The notes below the pieces were generated by a model, which worked only from the letters and a program-made list of their open reading frames with translations, did not search any database and was not told the origin of the DNA. A stretch of 64,000 nucleotides of DNA from Acidobacteriaceae bacterium (GTDB taxonomy: Bacteria; Acidobacteriota; Terriglobia; Terriglobales; Acidobacteriaceae): the NCBI GenBank assembly GCA_035933805.1, contig DASYYO010000279.1, positions 233 through 64,232 of the forward strand, in the 5' to 3' direction. Position 1 is the stretch's first letter. Each line of letters starts with the position of its first letter. The translations under genes were made by a program, and so were the position numbers. This document shows positions 60,801-64,000 of this stretch, piece by piece.

Positions 60801-61228
60801 ACGGCATCTTCGTCGGCCAATCGGGTCTGCCATTTACCGTGACCATCAGCGGGACACCGACCAACACCGGCGCCAGTTCGAGCCGGGCGGACGTGGTCGC
60901 TGGAGTGCCGCAATATCCGGCGAAGAAGACGCTGCACGAATGGTTCAATCCCGCCGCGTTCATTGCTCCGACTGCGTACAACTGGGGCAACGTGGGCAGA
61001 AACTCTCTTCGCGGACCCGATGAGATCGACGTCGATTCATCGGTGGAGAAGCATTTCCCAATTACGGAAGGGACTGCTCTGCTCTTCCGGTTGGAGTTCT
61101 TCAACATGCTGAACCATCCTCAGTTTCAGATTCCTGCGGCGACGATCAATGCCGGGGGCGCGGGGACGATTACAGGCACATCGAATACTGCGCGCCAGAT
61201 GCAGGCGGCGCTCAGGCTCACGTTTTAA
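57860..61228 (+). CDS. TonB-dependent outer-membrane receptor with N-terminal CarboxypepD_reg-like domain
   Basis: Signal peptide, ATITGTLTDKNGAVVPGATVHVIQESTNETQNLQTDSAGEYTASNLTPGSYTIEAEKEGF, a plug-like region (NGRNMTQLAVIAPGV), a long beta-barrel and a C-terminal ...AALRLTF. Confidence 0.9.
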   Translation: MKLKMIDVKNQLHVHKVSAAPRWRRRIGMLLSTLALSAACFAQVERATITGTLTDKNGAVVPGATVHVIQESTNETQNLQTDSAGEYTASNLTPGSYTIEAEKEGFTKRLYKNFVVQVGQTARLDMVMDVGSVTQSVEVTGAVPILQNETASVGQVITPTAVQQLPLNGRNMTQLAVIAPGVTGLNYAPTNTIGSGIRPDELRPGGTTIEANGARDSANKLLLDGVDDTEMIAQTQIVRPSVESLQEFNIITSNAGPEYDRGGGAILVTSTRSGSNDLHGSVYEYIRNSAVDAKNYFVTANTPIPLYRLNDLGGRLGGPIKRDRAFFFVNYEGYFEQAGGTQVSTVPTMAERQGNFQGVANIYDPLTTVQSGSTYKRTQFANNIIPASRFDPIAYQLVNAYPLPQTAALVNNIVTYPIKKSNDNRGDARVDYQISPSQTFFARYSIDDTQIKMPNTFNDIIGGNEGAFSGPEAARGQQGVLAYNKVISSNLVGEYRFGFNRFSLFLLPSPLTSPIWAEIPGRTTIPGFSPSGSGPGPVAPIISPAGFGGMGNSRSEPLIRREHLWENIGDISWQKGKHNFKFGIDTLHHLISESDSPPGQSPFGRFNFDSNFSNNPASPTGTGNSMASFLLGFPSATVRDLFLPGTAHVFADEYNVFAGDIWRITPKLTLNIGLHYEVDTPYADAHDYWVNFNPVNAAVEIAGKNGVSKTANWQTDYGSIGPRVGFAYTLDAKTVFRGGYGAFYDPQANAGTTIRQERQWPFDLVYALSPGSLFPSNTVSQGFLTPAQIPAATFANPFGTLQGIDHHFKNASTQQYNLSAQRQLTGHSSFTIGYVGAISRHLSWHNPIDQPLPGPGNIQARREYNSEYPNVTAITYLESVGVGSYSSLQTSFQQQLSHGFFLTANYVWSHTFDNSPSDGGADGPIPQDPTNRNADYSSSNNDIRNRVNVYGTYELPFGPGRAFLNSNSFLNRFVVGGWQANGIFVGQSGLPFTVTISGTPTNTGASSSRADVVAGVPQYPAKKTLHEWFNPAAFIAPTAYNWGNVGRNSLRGPDEIDVDSSVEKHFPITEGTALLFRLEFFNMLNHPQFQIPAATINAGGAGTITGTSNTARQMQAALRLTF

Positions 61229-61370
61229 AAGGATTCGCGGGTGCGGCAAGGCCAGGATTTTCTTGAAGGAAGATCCGTATCCAGCCGCGCCGCGCGGGTC
61301 TATATTTATCAGGAAATTTGGCTTGAGCCGCCGAGCGGCCGTTTTCGTTCCTCGTGTTCAGGAGAAGAAC

Positions 61371-62471
61371 GTGTCACCTATGATTGATATCACCCAACGA
61401 AGAAAAGCGCTGCTGCCGATGATGCAGACGCAGGCGGCAGTGAAGCGGGCCGAGGGACCGCATCCGATTTCTGAATTGCGCGCCTTTGCGATGCGCCCAT
61501 CCGGGACAGAGAACGCCTACGTTCTTCTCCAGGTACGAACCCGGTCTGGACTCACGGGATATGGCGAGTGCAAGGCGGTTTCTCCAGCCGACATCAAAAA
61601 CGCCAGGGCGGCGCTGGTGGGCGGGTCCGCATCCGCTTATGAGGCGCTGGGCTCCGAGGCGCCGGAGAGTGTCCGGCCGGCTTTGGACATGGCCTGCCTG
61701 GATATTCTCGGCAAAGCCACGAAAGCCCCGGTATATCGCGTGCTGGGCGGCCCAACGCGGAATAAGGCGCGGGCGATCGCGCGGCTCGCCGGCTCCTCCG
61801 ATGACGAGCTGCGCCAGGATCTGCAGAAGCAGCTTGCCCTGGGCTTTCGCGCCTTTCTCGTTCCTATTCCCTCGCCGGCGGCGCGCAATCAGGGCAGCGC
61901 TTTTGTGCACGCGGGAGTAGCGAGATTGGAGGCGATGCGGGCCGCAGCCCCGAATGCTGATTTCGCTCTGGAGGGAAGCGACGATCTCACGCCCGGCGAC
62001 AGCGCCAGCCTTGCCGCCGCAGTCGAGCGGATGCATCCCCTTTGGTTCGATCAGCCCTGCCCTGTCTCCAACCTCGCCACGCTGCATAAGGTTGCCGATG
62101 AGACGGTGGTTCCGCTGGGCTTTGGCCGCGATCTCTCCTCTGCCGGGACGTTTCAGGATCTTCTGCGGGACGGCCTGGTCGATCTGCTTCGGCCCGATCT
62201 GCTGGTCCACGGGATCTCGGGCGTTCGCCGGCTCGCGGCCATGGCCGAGACGTACTACGTCGCTGTCGCGCCCTGGCATGCAGGCGGACCGGTCGCGACG
62301 GCGGCAGCTCTCCACACCGCGGCCAGCATTCCAAATTTCTTTATTGCCCAATTGTCCAGTTCAGGCGCCGGCTCCGCGCCGCTGCGGGATGGATTCTTCG
62401 AGCTGCCCAAGGGGCCCGGGCTGGGCGTCGAGATCGACGAAAAGGAATTGGGGAGAAACGAGATCGCATGA
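61371..62471 (+). CDS. enolase-superfamily (mandelate racemase/DgoD-like) paralogue with non-canonical active-site residues and a weak RR leader
   Basis: In frame with ORF 61149..62471. GTG 61371 lies 6 nt after GGAGAAGAAC, and ATG 61380 is also possible. Overall fold motifs are present (GLTGYGECK, LDILGKATKAPVYRVLGG, PWHAGGP). By eye alignment, the DgoD positions vDfH, EEP and GER read LEGS, DQP and GRD. Confidence 0.7.
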   Translation: MSPMIDITQRRKALLPMMQTQAAVKRAEGPHPISELRAFAMRPSGTENAYVLLQVRTRSGLTGYGECKAVSPADIKNARAALVGGSASAYEALGSEAPESVRPALDMACLDILGKATKAPVYRVLGGPTRNKARAIARLAGSSDDELRQDLQKQLALGFRAFLVPIPSPAARNQGSAFVHAGVARLEAMRAAAPNADFALEGSDDLTPGDSASLAAAVERMHPLWFDQPCPVSNLATLHKVADETVVPLGFGRDLSSAGTFQDLLRDGLVDLLRPDLLVHGISGVRRLAAMAETYYVAVAPWHAGGPVATAAALHTAASIPNFFIAQLSSSGAGSAPLRDGFFELPKGPGLGVEIDEKELGRNEIA

Positions 62472-63823
62472 ACCGAAGAAGCTTCCTAGGAAAAGCAGCG
62501 GCGCTTGCAGCGGCCGTACCCGGCTCTCGAATCGCAGCCGCCGTCACCAGCTCTCACACCCCTGATCTCTGTGGCTGCGACCCGTTCATGGCTGCGCCCG
62601 GGAACGGCGTGCCTGCGGGGAGCGAGGCCTTTGCCGATGTCAGCTCGGGTTTGAAGGTCACCGGGATGAAGGTCTTTGGCGTTTCATTGACGCCCGACTC
62701 CGATCGGCCATACGTCTTCGTCAAGCTGGAGACCAACCAGGGCCTGGTGGGTTGGGGCGAGGGAACTCTGGAGGGCAAAGCGCAGGCTGTCATCTCCTGC
62801 ATTCAGGACTTTCACGACTTTATCGTCGGCGCGGATCCGATGCAGGTGGAGCATCTCTGGGAGTCGATGTATGTCCAGAGCTTTTATCGCGCAGGCCCGG
62901 TGATGGGCTCCGCCATCTCGGGGCTCGACCAGGCGTTGTGGGATCTTCGCGGAAAGTTCCTTAACGTGCCCGTCTATCAACTGCTCGGCGGACCCCTCGA
63001 TCCTCGCGGAGTGCGCGGCTACTACCACGCCGAGAACGCGAGAACGGATGAAGATCTCGCGCGATTGCGCGAGACGGCTCTGCAGGAGGGGGTCTCCTGC
63101 TTCAAGATCGGACTGCCTGACCAGGACTATGAATGGATCGAGACAAACGCCAAGATCAATCGCGCGATTCAGCATATGCAGCGCATCCGCGAGAAGCTGG
63201 GAGACTCGATCGACATCGCCGTGGACTTTCACGCCAAGACCAGTCCCAGCGTAGCCTCCATCATCGTGAAGGAGGTTGAGCCGCTGCACCTGCTCTTTGT
63301 GGAGGAGCCCTGCCCTCCGGAAAATGTGCAGGCGATGGCCCGCGTCTCGCGCCGTTCGACTACGCCGATTGCAACCGGCGAGCGGCTGGTTGCGGCTTAC
63401 GGCTGCCGCGAGCTCATCGAGATGGGGGTGGTCGATATTCTGCAGACAGACGCGAATCACGTCGGCGGAGTCACCGGCCTCTGGAAGGTGGCGGCCATGG
63501 CGAATATCTCGAACGTCTCGATGGCGCCTCATGCCTGTGAAGGCCCGATCGGCGGTGTCGCAACCCTGCATGTGGACTCTTCCATGCCGAACTTCCTGAT
63601 CCAGGAGATCTGCAGCTTCGTCAAGCCTGGAGACAAGGAGCGGATCTGGGAAGAGTGGTTCGGCTTTCCTCCCATGCGCATGGTCGACGGCCGGTTTCCT
63701 CTGCCATCGAAGCCGGGTCTTGGCTTTGAGCTAAGCGAGGCCTCTCTTGCCAAGTATCCGTTTGGAGGATCGAAGCCAATGGCGCGCGTCTTCCACCAGG
63801 ACGGTTCTGTGGCAGAGTGGTAG
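62468..63823 (+). CDS. D-galactonate dehydratase-like enolase-superfamily enzyme with a twin-arginine signal peptide
   Basis: The ATG overlaps the upstream TGA (ATGA). Leader MNRRSFLGKAAALAAAVPGSRIAAA. GWGEGTLEGKAQAV, DQALWDLRGKFLNVPVYQLLGG, and the catalytic/metal motifs VDFHAK, VEEP, TGER, DANHVGG and APHA are all present. Confidence 0.85.
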   Translation: MNRRSFLGKAAALAAAVPGSRIAAAVTSSHTPDLCGCDPFMAAPGNGVPAGSEAFADVSSGLKVTGMKVFGVSLTPDSDRPYVFVKLETNQGLVGWGEGTLEGKAQAVISCIQDFHDFIVGADPMQVEHLWESMYVQSFYRAGPVMGSAISGLDQALWDLRGKFLNVPVYQLLGGPLDPRGVRGYYHAENARTDEDLARLRETALQEGVSCFKIGLPDQDYEWIETNAKINRAIQHMQRIREKLGDSIDIAVDFHAKTSPSVASIIVKEVEPLHLLFVEEPCPPENVQAMARVSRRSTTPIATGERLVAAYGCRELIEMGVVDILQTDANHVGGVTGLWKVAAMANISNVSMAPHACEGPIGGVATLHVDSSMPNFLIQEICSFVKPGDKERIWEEWFGFPPMRMVDGRFPLPSKPGLGFELSEASLAKYPFGGSKPMARVFHQDGSVAEW

Positions 63824-63848
63824 AGGGGACGGCAGGAGATGAGATCCT

Positions 63849-64000
63849 ATGTCGCTCGCAGGCAGGCTCGATTGGTCGCGGCGTAAGTTTCTGAAAACGG
63901 CGGCCGGCGCAGCGCTTCTCGGCGGAGGCGGCCTTCTCAGCGGATTTCGCCGCCTGGCCGCCGCTGAGCTGGGGCGCAGAAAGATCCGCGATGTGCAAAC
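63849..64000 (+). CDS. 5' end of a further Tat-signal ORF (partial, runs off the window)
   Basis: Not in the track because there is no stop. ATG 63849 gives MSLAGRLDWSRRKFLKTAAGAALLGGGGLLSGFRRLAAAELGRRKIRDVQ, with a consensus SRRxFLK motif. Its identity is unknown; the KIRDV strand resembles the first strand of enolase N-domains. Confidence 0.5.
   Translation, partial: MSLAGRLDWSRRKFLKTAAGAALLGGGGLLSGFRRLAAAELGRRKIRDVQ

Overview
High-GC (about 60-65% by eye) chromosomal segment with an Acidobacteriota-like gene repertoire: an ADOP-type duplicated orphan permease, a CarboxypepD_reg-type TonB-dependent receptor, and an Alternative Complex III plus caa3 oxidase supercluster. Taxonomy is inferred, not tested. 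I call about 50 protein genes, RNase P RNA (rnpB) and one tRNA-Thr(CGU). Order along the window: ligA (edge-truncated and absent from the ORF track), a YdjM-like hydrolase, DedA, mog, a TonB-family protein, miaA, an Ig-repeat surface protein, an aldo/keto reductase, rnpB, two tandem MacB/FtsX permeases, a GT2 (QxxRW) and an ArnT-like GT39, a Rieske oxygenase, GH57, an AlkA-like glycosylase, actABCDEF, an unknown membrane ORF, SCO, ctaC/D/E/F, class II photolyase, a UDP-sugar epimerase and dehydrogenase pair, tRNA-Thr, a GH35/DUF5597-like hydrolase, a lower-GC four-gene redox/detox block (MOSC-FNR-Fd, DoxX, NTF2, DJ-1), a cytochrome c-PQQ dehydrogenase, the ADOP permease, an RDD protein, lptD, a dsbA-like gene, a surA-like gene, and a TonB-dependent receptor followed by enolase-superfamily genes with Tat-type leaders. 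Most of the very long ORFs in the track (636, 1221, 564, 538, 529 and 516 aa) are antisense shadow ORFs typical of high-GC DNA. I found no CRISPR array, transposase, integrase, toxin-antitoxin pair or recognisable defence system, so most of the window is ordinary core genome. Four observations deserve a second look. (1) An in-frame TGA sits exactly at the invariant Trp of the YWHFVD motif of cytochrome oxidase subunit III, and the conserved C-terminus continues in frame behind it. (2) A TonB-dependent receptor is followed by two, possibly three, enolase-superfamily ORFs with twin-arginine leaders; the first has degenerate catalytic residues and overlaps the canonical second one. (3) A promoter-plus-leader module is tandemly duplicated upstream of that receptor. 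(4) An orphan intrinsic terminator and direct repeats lie between the aldo/keto reductase and rnpB. All family calls come from motif recognition by eye; no database search was run.
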